A stretch of 63,968 nt of DNA, filler included, from Basidiobolus ranarum (Eukaryota), in assembly GCA_040143965.1 (NCBI GenBank). It is 3 parts of 3 records of this genome, joined end to end, with 100 filler letters (N's around TTAATTAATTAA, not from the genome) between each part and the next. Parts side by side here need not be neighbours in the genome. Positions count along the whole stretch, not along the records: positions 1 to 23,347 come from JASJQH010000168.1; 2 more parts are not named here. The stretch is one strand, 5' to 3'. Both the position numbers and the translations under genes were made by a program. This document shows positions 1 to 14,732 of the stretch, piece by piece. The notes under the pieces are model-generated. The model ran no database searches. It was not told the origin of the DNA and saw only the letters and a list, made by a program, of their open reading frames with translations. Numbering within the stretch: the first letter of the stretch is position 1; each line of letters opens with the position of its first letter.

Positions 1-500
1 TATTTCTGGAGGAGCCGATTCGAGTCCGTCTCGAATGTATCTTACATATACACCGTTGGTTCACTTTCAATAGAAGTCAAGGACACAGAAACCCGATACC
101 TTATTTTGGTTCACAAAATTGTGTTATCTTAATGATTCTATTAACCAAGTATCAATCAAGCACCGTGGGATGAGTGAATACCTTACCAGAAACTATACAC
201 TAACTCGCTATCGTACATTTACTATATTTCCAACTGATGCTTGGTGATTCTAAATAAACCGGTTAAGGTAAATTACCCCAAAACAGTGTTACATTATACA
301 GTCATCAAATGATGGATCGCTTTAGGGTGAGTACATGTGGATATCGAGATAACATCTTATATCGGATTTGAAATAATCATGTGATGATATAAATACACGA
401 CGTGAAAACACCGCCATATTGAAGAATCAAGTAACAAGATGAGAGGAGACATGAGTAATCCATTAATTAGGTTCATTTATTTTTCCAATACAACAAAGAA

Positions 501-1145
501 TTAGGCCTTGACGGCGAACTTTCTTTGAGGGAAGTGGATATCCTTCTTCTGTTGTCTCAAAGTTTTGCGAGTAACTTCGTGCTTGGTCAAACGACGACGG
601 ATAGCACGGGTCTTCTTGTAACGAAGATCCAATGGAAGGTACTTGCGACCTTCTTGTTTGTACAAAAGGCGGATATTTTGACGTTCAGTTTGAGTGATAA
701 CAGTCAAAACTCTAGCAATGGACTTGCGAACAGTGTTGCTGGTGGTTCATATCATTGAAATAAATAGATTGATCATAATGACTCGAATAGTGATTCTTCA
801 CTTACATTTTGGTCAACTTGGAGGCGGCACCACCGGCAACCTTTTGTACTCTCAAGGAAGAGAGTTCTTGCTTGAGCTCGTCGAGCTCCTTTTTAAGTTC
901 ATCTTTGGACTTATTACGGAGTTGGTGGGCTGAAACTTTGGCCTACTCATCAGTAAAGGTATTTAGTAGCCATTTATATAGTGGTATAGGTTAAATCGCT
1001 GGATGTATGGGCTTCCAAAATCGATACACTATGTGGATATACACAATAGACTTTCTTTCATTGGATGCTTGTATATAAACTAATAATTCTACCCCAAGTC
1101 AACAAGGACAGACTACTACTGTATGGAAAATCATCTACTAACCAT
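501..1145 (-). CDS. RPL35: 60S ribosomal protein L35 (uL29), 3 exons (1143-1145, 806-942, 501-738)
   Basis: Spliced translation [61 protein letters not shown]...[19 protein letters not shown]...[14 protein letters not shown] introns. Confidence 0.96.
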
Positions 1146-1598
1146 TTCTAAGACAATGAAGAAAAGAAGGACTTCGAGAGGAAAGAGAAAGAGGTATATG
1201 ATACTATTATGGTTTTAACGTACAGATCATTTAATTCCCCCGATTTAATTTTTTTGACCCTATTTCTAAATGATAGCCAACGATTAAATTAAATATCAAT
1301 TTCCCCTCACCCTTTTGCTCATAGATTTCAAACAATCAGCGAATGCCATAGTAGCGTAAGAAAGCGGTTGTCAGAACAGTAGTATTAATCCTTTGGCATT
1401 CGAATATTTTCGGACACATTTATTTAATCAAAATACTCCACTTCACATTGATGACTATATCTCTAACAATCGAAATATGTAAGAGTATCTTGAGAGGTTG
1501 AACAAAAAGATAGCACGAATTATATCTGGATTGTGTAGTTTCAAGAGCTACAAATGTCAACATCAAAGAATGTAAAAATTATGCATATGCTGATATAC

Positions 1599-4500
1599 TT
1601 AGGGTGAGGTGCTTCTACGAAGAGAATTGCCAGTAACCTTTCTGGTGGGTCTACGGACAGCTCCATAAAAGCTTGTACGTGCAGTGGTACCTCCAACAAA
1701 TCTCTGTTGATTAATGATGTCACGAGCAGCAGCTTGGAACCTCATGCGTTCTTGACTGATAAGGGGACGACGTTCTTGATCTTGATATCCTGGTCTATGA
1801 TCACTGCTACCTCCAAAATCAGGAAGTAAACGGAGGATAAAGCCCACAGGCAAAGACAAACTACCAATAAACACGGTGCTTAACCATTGATCCCACTTGA
1901 GATGAGTAGTGCCAAAAGCCACGCCACCAAATTCAACAATAATGACTTGACCAATAACGACGAACAATTGAACGATAATGAACATATGGTTCTTGGTAAT
2001 TCCACGGAAAATGTTAAGGTGATCATCGATACGACGGCAGTTTAATTCGTTGAAAACTTGGAGGAACACGAAGGAGTTGAACACCAATGTTTGCAGGACG
2101 AGTTTGCTCTCAGCGGTTTCTTTATCTCCTAATCGGAACAGTTTGTGACCCCAGTACAGTAAAGTTAAGTTAAGTGCTATTTGGAAGATAGCTTGTCCGA
2201 TGATCATTCTCCACATTTTGCTATTAATCAAAGAGGCGTCACGAGAAGTAGGATACCTCTCTAAAACATCATCAGAAGGTGGCTCGGTAGCTAATGCAAG
2301 CGCAGCTAAAGTATCCATAATGAGGTTAACCCATAAAAGTTGAACTGCTGTAAGAACAGATTGATTTTCAGAGCTTGCGACGGCACTTACAAAAGCTAGT
2401 ACCACAGCGGTAATATTCACTGTAAGTTGGAATTGCAAAAACTTCCTAACACTATCATTCACAGCCCGTCCCCACTTTAAAGCTTTAACAATAGAAACGA
2501 AATTATCGTCCATAAGAATGATAGACGAAGCTTCCTTCGCAACCTCAGTTCCAGCAATTCCCATACTGAAGCCTACATCGGCCATCTTGAGTGCCGGGCC
2601 ATCATTAGTTCCATCACCAGTCACTGCAACTACCTCACCTAGCTCCTGTAGGGTTTTGACTACGATTTGTTTATCAGTTGGAGATGATCTAGCAAGTACT
2701 TGAAGTCTGGGAACCAATTTAACACGTTCTTCATGGCTCAGTTTTCTGAATTCTGGACCAGTAATGGCAATACCTCCTTTAGTGTATATTCCAGCTTTGG
2801 TTGCGATGGCTTTAGCAGTTTGAACATTATCACCAGTAACCATGCGGACGTAGACGCCAGCACGTTTACAAGCGGCAATTGACTCAATTACTCCTTCACG
2901 TAAAGGATCCTGAATTCCTACAATGCCGATACATGTCAAGTTTTCAGTAGGAGCATCATTGTCATCAAAGCCGTCTACATCAGATTGGTTAACATCACGG
3001 TATGCAATACAGATAGTACGAAGAGCATTGTCGGCGAAATCCGATATATGCTGTTCAAAGGCTTTTTTGGCTTCGTCATCCAACTCTTTAACGGTTTCGT
3101 TCACAGCAATATAGTGAGTGCAACAATCCAAGACAATTTCAGAAGCTCCTTTAACATGAACACGAAATTCTGCCTCGCTATCACCAGGACTCTTAGCTTT
3201 AGCTGGAACAACAGTAGTCATAGTTTTTCTTTCGGATGCGAAAGGATACACTTTCACAGGTTTTGCGCTTTCCCTGATTTGATTATAATCATTGCCAAGT
3301 TTCTTGGCGAAGCCTAACAACGCAGATTCGGTTTTTGATCCAATGAATGAAAGCTGACCTTTTTCATCTTTTCCTTCAAATGCAGTTGAGTTTACAGCAA
3401 CAGATTCGCACAGCAATTCTGTAACAGATTTGGGAAGTTTCTCCTTGAACGCATCGACTTTGTTGTGGTCTTCAATGGTCTCACCTCCAATGACACCAGC
3501 CACAACAGTCATCTGATTTTGAGTAAGTGTACCAGTTTTATCGGAACAAACAGTAGTTGCGTTACCCATAGTCTCGCAAGCAGCCAGAACACGCACTAGA
3601 TTTTGATCTTTAATCATTTGAGTAGTGGCATAGGCTAAAGCTAATGTGACCGCCATAGGAAGACCCTCAGGTACAGCTACAACTACGATGGTAATTGCCT
3701 GAATAAGTATTTTAACTAAAGAGTCAAACACCTCAGCTCCAGATGGAGAAGCATTGTTGAGAGCATTGATGACTATATATTTGGTTACGAGAGTCACTAG
3801 CATTAGCACTGCAGCGGAGATACCTAGCTTGGCAATCGATTCAGCAAGGAGATCCAACTTCATCTGTAAAGGAGTTTCCTGGTTTTCGTCTTCTCTCATG
3901 GCCATCATCGTTTTTCCATTATAGGAGTTAGGACCGACTGCAACAACGATAACTCTGGCAACACCTTCCAAGACTTTTGAACCACTTAAAACGAAAGGAT
4001 CCTTCTCGGCATTCTTCTTTAAAGGATCAGACTCACCGGTGGCGCTAGATTCGTCGCAAACCAAGTTATGACCCTCTACGAATATACCATCAACAGGTAC
4101 AATTTCTCCTGGTTCGACTAAGAGAATTTCACCAACTTTGATATCGAAAACAGACACTTCTTGCTCTCTGCCATCGCGAATAACCTATTGACACTTGTTA
4201 ATAACCGGTTAATTGCGAAAAAAGACAATATCCAAACACTACCTTAACATGTCTGTCTTCTTTCTTTGCATTTAATTTACGGAACTGAGATTCTTTTTGA
4301 TAATCGTTGATAGCGTTGGTAAACACCACTACAGCGACAGCGACGAGGATAGCAACACCTTGAAATATTCATTAGTCAATGATAGACAAAAAACGTAATT
4401 GAGCGGAGATAAACCAACCTTCAACCCAACGCACACGGGGACCTTCGGTTTCGTTGGAATCTTCGTATATTCCAATAGCAAGAGAAATGATGGCAGCAAC

Positions 4501-4984
4501 ACTTAACATGACTAAAAAATAAATACCAACACTATTAGCCTTCATTAAAAAAGTACATTTGATATTTTCGAAACATACTAAGAGTTTTGTCGTCATAAGC
4601 TTCGCGGACCAAGGACCAGAATGACTGCTGCTGTGTGACGGGCAATACCTATTAATTTACGGTTATTAGTAAACATCAGACGTCGTTTACTTCGTAGAGA
4701 AGCAAAGTAATTACATTTTTGCCAAAAGCTTCTTGTCTTTCGTCGAATCTTTGTTCAGAGTCACCAGTGGCATTGGCACTAAGCTGTTCATCATTGCTTA
4801 AACCAGCTTTGAGGTCAACTTTTAGACTTTTAGCCAAACCCTCGGCACCACCTAGTGACTTCAACTTATCCAGACTCTTCGGATCGAATAAATCTACCAG
4901 CTCTTCGCAGCTTACATTGAAACTGCCGCTTCCATTGTGGTCGTTGTTGAGAAGACCTTGCTCCTCAGATTCCCTCGGAGACAT
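1599..4984 (-). CDS. PMC1: P2B-type (PMCA/Pmc1-like) calcium-transporting P-type ATPase, about 5 exons
   Basis: Motifs TGES, VAVPEGLP, CSDKTGTLT (phosphorylation site), KGASE, MVTGDN, TGDGTNDGPALK and QLLWVNLIMD; 5' exons linked by GT-AG introns up to ATG at 4982-4984. Confidence 0.93.
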
Positions 4985-7099
4985 TTTAGAATATGGACCC
5001 TTCACACAGGAGAAAGTAAGTGATATAGGGAGAGGAGATAATAAAGTAGAAATCTAATTCTTGAAAGACGAGAAAAATATTTTATATTCCGATGAAAGAA
5101 ATATCCAATGATTTATATGAAGCGGAGATGATTATGCAAGTCGAATCGAAACTGGCCTATTACTCTTATGTACAGCTAATAACTATTTTGAGTTTACATT
5201 AATGATTTTCAAATGCATATATGAAATACACCGTTTCACTTTATCATCGCATTACTCAATCCTTGTCTGTATTTAAGAAATTACATCAGTTGGCTCATCC
5301 TAATCTGAATTTGGTACTCCATCAATAAGAGGTAACCCTCATTTATGTAAAAACTCAATAGGGTTGGTATTTCATCCAGTTTGAGTGCAACACCTGTTTA
5401 CAATGAGGCATTATCTACTAATGACACAAGTTTCAAAGACGCACGATCACCACTCAAACTATGGCGCTCTGGAAAGTAAAAGACCGAATATTCCCTAATC
5501 CCATTGTATCTGGAAAATTGTTTGGCGCGTTCAAAAGCAGGATTCTTTTCCGAGAACAGTTTCGATTCTCATTTGCCATTACGTACGAGATGACCTTTTC
5601 GCCAAGCCACTATTTAATACGGTTAGATGGCGAGGAAATACAATATGGATTGACTTGCTAGATTGATTCATGTATTATGGGTAACACACCTTGGCAGAGT
5701 AACTACACACGACGTCTCGGTGATTGGTGTATATCTCTGAATAGACTAGTCCAGCTAGGTAAATAGCTTGGTCGTCATTAGTGCATGCTGTACCACGCTC
5801 TATCGTCTCTAAAGTTAGATCATTTAGTTCTTCAGGAATTTACCAGAAATCTGATTTGTTATCAGTGTCCCTAAGTTCTTTATACGTCACCATATGGAAT
5901 TTTGTTTCTATTGGTCGCATCGATGTTGTAGGCGCCAAGAGAATGTCTATAACGGGACTACTATAATAAGGATAATGCATTATGGTGCTCAAATTGGACG
6001 AAGTTTGATTACGAAAGAGCATGATTAGTCTTGGGGAATAGGAATGGTGAGTAGTGTTTAGGTGTGGGATGATTTTAGAATTGACTTGATTCACCGTGGG
6101 CTACACAGCATTTGGGGATCTTCTATTCTGATATCACTGTCCGGAAAAAGTTACATCAGGTTAGTCACTCTGAAAAAGTTTCAAGAGAGCCATTTGGCAA
6201 GCTGTAGGTGGTCTGGTTGACACTGCACCTTCCCTTCCTGGCAACAGTAACAATGGAGCTCGATTTACTGGTAGCTCGTAATCATATAGAAGATGGGGGG
6301 CTACAGGGGTGTGCATTGCCGTCTTATTCACAGCCTGGCTGGGTACTGGTCTTACTTGGTTTCGGATAATATTGGGTATGTTGTGCTATCTTTTAGTCAA
6401 AGGGCTCAGCGGTCAACAGGTTTCACAGCCTGGAGACCTATGTATGATCCGATTATTATAGAGTAGATACACTCAAGCAGTGGTTTCATCACCAGACACA
6501 TATCTGTCGAAATGTTTTCCCGTCTGTATCGTTTTAACATTGCAGATAAGGAGATCCTTGAGATGATATGGAAGTCATAGTTCAGTCTTCTATAAAATGT
6601 AGTTGAGTATAATTCTCGAAAACCTTCTTACAATTCACCATCTACGATACGCCAATTTTCAAAAGAAATCCTCGGACCCAAAGTTTACTTCTTAAGCATA
6701 CTTTTTCTCGCATTCAACCAAGAGTTACTTGTTAGACCGAGTGCTTTGTTCCCTCGCTTCAATATTGATTGTTGGGCCATTCTTAGTCTGTGACCTCAAG
6801 CATGTTCCAAAATGTAGCGTACTTTTTTACTTTTAAGGGGCAAACTATGGTGATGAATAACGGTAATATTAGTTTAGCTCAGCGTTTAATAATCTGCTCA
6901 TAGACTGATCATATTGATCCATTTACTGGGAGCATTACGATTAGAATTAGAAATGCAACTTAGCTGTTCTCTTAATCAGATTGGTTTTCTCAAACGTAAT
7001 ATAAATGGCATGCTATGAAATACGGTGTCAAATATGTTTTATTGACTGGATTCTATTCTATTTTAAACTAATGTACTTGAACTGTTTGATCTTTAGTTA

Positions 7100-8010
7100 A
7101 TTGAAAATAGACATCATGACACTGAGTGGTGTAATACTCATCCTTAGCATCATGGGAGTGGTATATTTGAGGATATACATTTGTCAACTAATTAGGTGTG
7201 GACTTATGAAACATTGCTAGAAACACCACCAATTCTGAAGCTTACTGTATTGGGGGGTTAGGACAAATCAAATATTTGTATTCTATTCTGATTTTGGTTA
7301 CTCTGCTACCGACATTTACATATACAGCAAGACATATTGCATGACTTGGCAATGGCTAGTGATGGTGTTTTTGAAACTCAGAACCAGACAATAATGTATT
7401 GTTATGTAGACTGAATTATCAATACTTGGTGCTATTTAGAATAGACAGATTTACATATATGGTTACCTTCGTGAATGATTTGTCATTATGTTGGGCCCTT
7501 GGATAAAACAATGATCTGTTATGAGGTACCTGTAAACAAACTTCGCACTTTGTAAGAACTATACTTCTTTCTACCTAGGATATCTGAGACAACATCACCT
7601 GATCTCAAGATATTGTGAGATTTAGATCCTTGATTAGATTAGAGACAGGGTACTTCTAATCAGGATGCTATCATGTAATATATTTGTTAGAAGCATTGAG
7701 CTCCTATGAAGCAATGAGCATCAACAACAATAGAGATGTGTTCAGCAAAATCCAGTGGTATGCCACTTCTCTATTTTATTATATATCTCTCTGTACAGAC
7801 TAAATAACAGCGATATACCATACAGTTGGATTCCAGTTGTATGAGAAAGAATATACTTCTATTTATCTCAGCAGAAATCGAGTTACATGCTGTAGTCCTC
7901 TTGGGATAGACTTGTACTATATTGCAAGTAATGGAGTATGTACAAAAAACATTATTGCAAATGCATGTAGACAGTTGCATGTTTCTATTACAAGGATGGT
8001 TAACGTGTTA
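7100..8010 (+). mobile_element. Heavily decayed Ty1/copia-like relic (integrase and RNase H traces)
   Basis: Broken frames give RFTYMVTFVNDLSLCW (integrase YFVTFIDD-like), RKNILLFISAEIELHAV (RNase H KKQ..ALSSAEAEY-like) and TKNIIANAC (TENMIADIL-like), in copia order; boundaries approximate. Confidence 0.35.
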
Positions 8011-9462
8011 GGGGGTGATGTCAACGATTCCGTCCGTCACAGATGAAGATTGGAGTAGAGCGGGATGGGGAAGGAGCCTTATTATGTACATATACCCTGC
8101 AAGTTGAATCTATCGAACTCGTATTCAATTCTTGTGAAACAAGGGGGATTTGTAGAGTAATACAGTCTCTTGTTTGTTTTGTATAAAGTTGCCTAGTAAA
8201 TGGCATATTATTAGGAGTAATGCATTTGGAAAATATTGATTTGGCTTATTGAGGTGTAGCAATTATGGAACATTCAATGTGAAAACTACTCCGTGGGCTT
8301 TTCATACCAAGAATCAGCAATGGCCCAATTAGTACGACCTATCCTTGAATCAGTTTCATTGAAGTTCGTAACCGATACCAATTGCTTCTAGGTTCTGGAT
8401 TCACAAAGCGTAAACATCGGCTATAAGCCGTACTCAAGTATACTTCTCATGTGTTAAGTTTCGTTCTTTATGTACAAGGTCAGAGAACTGGACGTCAATT
8501 AAACTTTCTGCAAATATGTAAATGAAAACTGGCTCAGAATTCGAATGCAACAAAGTATCTCGAGAGCTGAAAGGATCCCCTATTTAATAAAGCGAGTTAA
8601 GTTCAGTGCCGGGGTATGTTCAAGATTCATATCATAACACGAGATTCCTAGCCATGATCACAGCGTTTTCATGTTTCGATCTAATGCACTGATAAATCTT
8701 ATAGGAATCCTATATTTCCCACAGCTTGTAGGCGGATTATGCCGGTGCTATTAGATTCATGCTTTTCTATTGGGAGTACTCGCGGATAAAGTAGTACTGT
8801 TACCTAACTAACCTTTCCATGTGGGCTAAAACAATCCATTGAGCATGTATTACTGGGTTGAAGACAATAAGTGATTCATGATGACCATGTGAAGGTGTAG
8901 CTTATGCAAATTTAGATTATAAAAACAAGAGAAAGCGATATCACGAGCCTTATATGTCAGTCAGCTAACAAAGCTGTTGGCCAAATGCTCCTTTATAGGA
9001 AACAATTCAACCAAAATCATCAATAGGGTGAATGCTATCTAGAATGAACGGCATTGATTGGCTTTCCCTAAAATTAACACCAAGATTAAATGAGAGTCTT
9101 GAAAAGCTTAATTGTGGTATGCACCGATGGTCATATATAAATTTATAGAGTAGGTATAGACTGCTTGATTCAATCATACCATGTGGTTACTTAAAAGGTT
9201 ACATCTTACAGATCGAGGGCGACTATAGTACCTAAAATATTAATCTTAGACAGTCCGACCGATTTGATTCCAAGTGCAATCATCTACTGATGCACCTTGA
9301 GCATTCCACCACTGCACGTTTCATATATTGTTTTCGTTGGGCGAACAATAATCGATTCTTAAAGCTTGATTCTATTTAGGCTATCAGCTAGGTACCACCT
9401 TTTAGTTTCTTCATTGTCGCATTTCTTATCCTCCTACTGTGAAAAGGTCAAACTTCGGACAT

Positions 9463-12356
9463 ATGAAGCGTTTTCACATATGCCTGTTGTTTCTTTCGAT
9501 ATTAAGCTTTACAAAAGGTTCACCCCGTTTTTGTAAAACGATATTGTTCCCTAGTCTAATTCCTTTTTTTTGTAGCTCATAGTACAGCTGACCCTAATGC
9601 ACGACTTCTAGCTTACGACTTTATAAGTAATCCTCAGTTAAACATTCATAGACACTCTTATGATGGCACACATCCTAAATTCGCCAAGCGCTCTTTAATT
9701 CATAAACCTCAACTGCTTCACGATGATAGCTTTCGTGTTCAGTTTCAAGCTTTCAACCGTACCTTTTACCTTCATATGGAGCCGAATACCGATTTACTTC
9801 ATCCTCAGGCAGAAATAACTACTTATGATGCTTCTGGAGTTGCTAACACCAAACGGATATTCCCACACGAGTTTCTTGTTTATAGAGGGATAGTAGTAGA
9901 GCCTGAGCTATCAGATAATATGTTTGACCAGGAGATTATTGGGATCCACTCTCCATATAAAATCAATCCCAGGTCTATTACCAAAGGGTGGGCTCGATTA
10001 ATTGTACATCAGGATAGTACCAAAGCATTACCCGATGCTCAGCATATATATCAGGGAGTCTTTACTCTAGATTCAGAGACTTACCATGTTCAGCCCATTG
10101 CCTCTTATAAACTTAGTAAGCGATTTCATGACCCAGAAGTAGTAAACCCTTCCGCTAGACCGCTCCACCAAAGACGGTCTTCCACCATTATTTACAAACT
10201 TTCGGATCAAAAAAGCAAAGCACCTCAAAAATATATAAAGCGAGACTTGAATAGTGGTCATGATGAACTTTCCAGTATTCTTGACCATGAGAACAGAAGA
10301 GAAACCTCTTGTGGTGCTGAGGGGCTCACTTTCAATAAAAATATTACGGCTTCCAAGATGCCATCATCTTACGACTGGGCTATGGGATATCAAAGACTAG
10401 AAAAAAGAGCACCCACTGAGATCACCAGGGGTTGCCCTACTTCGAGAAAAGTGATGTATATGGTGAATATCATAGTATCTCTCTTGGTTGGTATTGTTTT
10501 GCTAAGTGTTGTATTATTTTCCAGGGTGTTGCTGCCGATTGTGCTTACGGTTTGTAATGGTCTACTTCAGTGACTGATTTGAGTATATATTTACTTCTAG
10601 TCTCAATTTTAGTTGCCTATCACAAAGGCTCTGAAGAGGCAAAAAAAACCATATTGAACAATTGGAATATTGCCTCTGGTGTCTATGAGACAACTTTCAA
10701 TATCTCTCTTGGAGTTATCAAATTAGAAATGCGCTCCGATGCCTGTCCTTCTACCCCGGATGATGCTGTTGCTTGGAATCGTGGATGTTCAGATACCTAC
10801 AATATTAATAATAGATTAAATGATTTTACTCGCTGGAGAGGTACTCTTGGAGATGATGGAATTGGCTTATGGCACTTGATGACAAAGTGTTCTTCGGGTC
10901 CTAAAGTTGGTGTAGCTTGGCTTGATCAAGCATGCGTTACCACCACAAAAAAACAAGATATGGATTATGTATCTGGGACTGGTGTGTCCTCTTCTACTAC
11001 AATGGAATGGAAAGTCGTGGCCCATGAGATCGGTCATAATTTCGGTGCGAAGCATGATTGCACAAGCTCGGAATGTCCATGTAGTAAATGCAACTGTTGT
11101 CCTTGTGGTACAACCTGTGATTGTAAAGGAATGTATTTAATGAACCCTACAAGCGATGCTAACTCTAAAGAGTTCAGGTACTTAAAATTATGAACCTTTA
11201 TTCGATTGAAAATAGCTAATATAGGTATAGTCCATGTTCGATTAGGGATATCTGTAGTAGTATCTCCAACATTGGTCAGTGCTTAGAAGGTTTGTGACAG
11301 TCATTGAGTTGAATTCCAACTTTATTATTAACTCACCTTTGATAACTAAGTTCCCGGAGGTAAAACTGTCCTTCATGAATCAATGTGTGGGAACGGTATC
11401 AAAGAACTTGGAGAAGAATGCGATTGCGGCACTACTGCTGAGTGTCCTTGTTGTACTCCTCAATGTAAACTGAAGCCGGGTGCTGTGTGCAGGTATTTGA
11501 TTTTTTAGAACTCATAGCAAAAATATCATCTTAATCCTTTGATCAATTCAGTGACGATGGGGATGAATGTTGTAAAGATTGTCGATTGAAACCGGCTAAC
11601 ACGCTATGTAGACCTGCGATATCTGAATGCGATATCAATGAAGTTTGCAATGGAGTATCGCCAAGCTGCCCCAATGACACTTTCATTGAAGATGGTAAAG
11701 ATTGTGGTATAAGTGGTGCAGGCCTAAAGTGCGCATCCGGACAATGCACCTCAAGGGATGCTCAATGCGCTTCTCGCGGACAACGCATGGGCATTACTAA
11801 AGCTTGTAGTTCATTTATCAACACAGATGTTTGTCAGTTTATCTGTGATAGTCCCGAAAAATCAAACACTTGTACGGTTATGCAAGGGCAATTTATCGAT
11901 GGTACTTCCTGTGGGTTAAGTGGCAAGTGCCTAAAAGGCGTTTGTAAAAGTGGAGATATTGGTATTGTTTTAATGCTTCTTATTGTGTTTTATTTAAATT
12001 GGATTCTAACCCTCTGTACTTGAATAGTTGACACCGCTAAAAGCTGGTTTAATCAAAACAGAACTATAGGAATCATCCTGGCATCTGTTGGGGGTTCATT
12101 ACTTCTCTGTTGTCTTTGGTCGTGCTGCTGTGGATGCTCCAAGAGAAAGACCGTTATCGTTCGAAGAATTCACCCATCATCAGCTCATCATAATGGCGGA
12201 TATGTCGATCCTACATTATACAATGGGCCTAATCCTTCCGTATATCCACCACCAAATACCTATCAGAGTGATTATCAGTATCCTAATCACAACTATTCAG
12301 CGAACCAGAGAAGATATAAACCAGATGAAATTCCATTAACGAGCACTGGGCGTTAA
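9463..12356 (+). CDS. ADAM-family (reprolysin/M12B) zinc metalloprotease with disintegrin and Cys-rich domains and a C-terminal TM helix; multi-exon
   Basis: Signal peptide [28 protein letters not shown] zinc motif followed by Met-turn [20 protein letters not shown] disintegrin start; [20 protein letters not shown]; stop TAA 12354-12356. Confidence 0.92.
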
Positions 12357-13158
12357 AATAGTGGATGATAAGTAAATACATCGATTTTGTTTAGCTTTTC
12401 TATTTATTATTTCTTAGAGGATACCATACTGATCAGCATATCATTTTGAAATCTGTCGAACCAAAATAAAGGTACAAATTTGAGCTTGGAGAATAATCCA
12501 GCAGCAGTATTTGAGTTGATGATTATGAATGTATATATCTAGCACAATGTATTTACACAAGGCTCAAAGATTCGCCAATCGTTGTCGTAACGGCTGTATT
12601 CCACCATTAACCTGTTTATAAAGTCTGCCCTCTATATTCGTCATCGAGTCTTACTTCAGTGAGCAAGTAACGTTTCAGGTATCAAATCTTAGATATGACT
12701 ATTAATGGTTAGTTGGTGAAGTAGATATATATATACATCTTTAAAGAACATCTTTTTTCGCAACCTTAATATGTAACAATACCGACACCAATTCATACAT
12801 AAACTAATCACATACTGAGTAAGATATTAATCTAAAACCTCCGCAACTCTAGGTGTGCCCGGTATGCTCTACTTACTAGTCTCTTCTTTGTTATTTGCCA
12901 CAAAGGCGTTGACTCGGGCTATGATAATTATTGAAACAGAACCGCTTCGTTCGTGAGGGCACTGTTTATTATAATAATAAGTAAACAAGGGATTGAGAGT
13001 TCCGGAATTCCACCTTTTTAAAGTCAAATGAAAAATGAATACAAGAGGGTTCTCTGTTTCGTAGATGATGAGAGATAAATTAAGTGAGACCATATGAATA
13101 AGTTCAAGCGGAGTTGACAAGACTGGACCACTAAAAGATATGAGTGTAATGGAGTTGC

Positions 13159-14732
13159 TCACTTCCTAGTTGGATGAAGTTCTTGATAACTAACATTGGC
13201 CTCATGTTGCGAGAAAATAAACTGTTTGATTTGGGCATTGGCAGTTGCAGGATCGGTAGAAATACTACATAAATAAAGGTTAGTATCATAGACTTAAGGA
13301 ATATCGATGGGAAGTGGTTTGTACTGGTTAAGCTTAGGGAGATACTCTCCATTCTTATATGTGAAGAATCTGGGAACCCAGTCAATGTCGTTTTCATCTC
13401 TTTCCTTGGTCATTCTTCTTTGGTTATCTTCTATAACGGTTTTCTCGTCCGTCGCAAGATTCAAATTGCGGCTCTGGAGGGCATTAGTAACCTTAAGCCA
13501 TAGTCTAGAAGATGGTTAATTATTGGCAATGTTTACATAGTTGTAATGTAATGTAAAAACCTTCTAGATTCATAAGGCTCTTGTTGCTCCTCAGGAACAA
13601 CAGTTTTGGGAAACACTTGAGAAGTAGTGACATCGAAAAGGAGCTTCCAAGGGCCCTTGCGGCCATTCTGGTTCAATAGATTAGAGTTGATACAGTTGAA
13701 GTTGGAGCATAATAAACTCTAGACTAACCTGAACCTGTCTGATTTCCATCTTGTCGGACCAAGTACCACCTATCTCAAACAAAACCTCACCTGTCGATGC
13801 CTTCTTTATTGTCCCAACAATTACATTGTATGATCCGGAAAAGAATCCCTAAAGAAAAAGAAACCTTAATAACATTATTGTGTAGTTCCATTAATGTAAT
13901 TTTTACAAACCTTAGTCTTGAACTCCACATTACAGATGAAATCATTTTGGGGACATTTCACGGTAACGCAGTCGCCAAGCTCCATCATCATAGTACCAAA
14001 TAGAATGCCTCTGGCATAAATATTTGGATAGGTGATAAAGTACTCCTCCCCAGGGATATTTAAGAATCGAACTTTAGTGCTACCATGAAGCATACTAGCT
14101 GCACTGTTACCCAGAAACTTAGATTTTGGTCTCAACTCTCCCGTGGCAAGGAGATAGTTATCTGGACTATATATGGCGTAGGCGGAGATGGGTGGGTGAT
14201 GGGAAACTTGCTCGGCAATATAGTATGCTTCAGTTGCATCAGGGAAAGTCCACTTACAACGAAAATGCTCACCGAGGACCGGATTATATGGCTTCTTCAC
14301 ACCCTACAAGAATAAAAGTCATTGGTATATAAACCTGTCTAACAAGAAGATAAAAATGAAACCTACTTTGGGTTGGATATGCCATCCGGATAAATAATAT
14401 CTAACGATTTGAATAAACCGTTCCATAGGATCATCTACAAAAGCGGCTCTGTTGTTTAAAAGGAACGATTATTTAGAGGTTAATTGAAAAAAAAGCTCGG
14501 TGTCTGTATCTACTGTCATAGTGGATAAGGCACAAAATGAAGAATATAGTTGCCTTTGAATCAAGTCAGGGTGACTCATGAAGTCCGTAACTTTTTCCAA
14601 AAAACTTCTTGGTTCCAAAATGAACACAGGAAGTGTCACACGGGAGAGGTCTGTTCCTCGACTCAACTGAGAGATGATCCCCATAAGAATGCTACGAGGT
14701 TCATCATCTAAAACTTCTTTATGTTCACTCAT
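13159..14732 (-). CDS. Oxysterol-binding protein (short ORP, Osh4-7-like), multi-exon
   Basis: DLSRVTLPVFILEPRSFLE, KKPYNPVLGEHF and signature EQVSHHPP; 3' end uncertain (stop at 13159 or a further splice). Confidence 0.9.

Noticed and set aside
943-1142. Long (200-nt) rpl35 intron 1 as a snoRNA host
   Set aside because: No canonical box C with a matching D box or recognisable rRNA guide; an H/ACA RNA cannot be excluded without folding or cmscan
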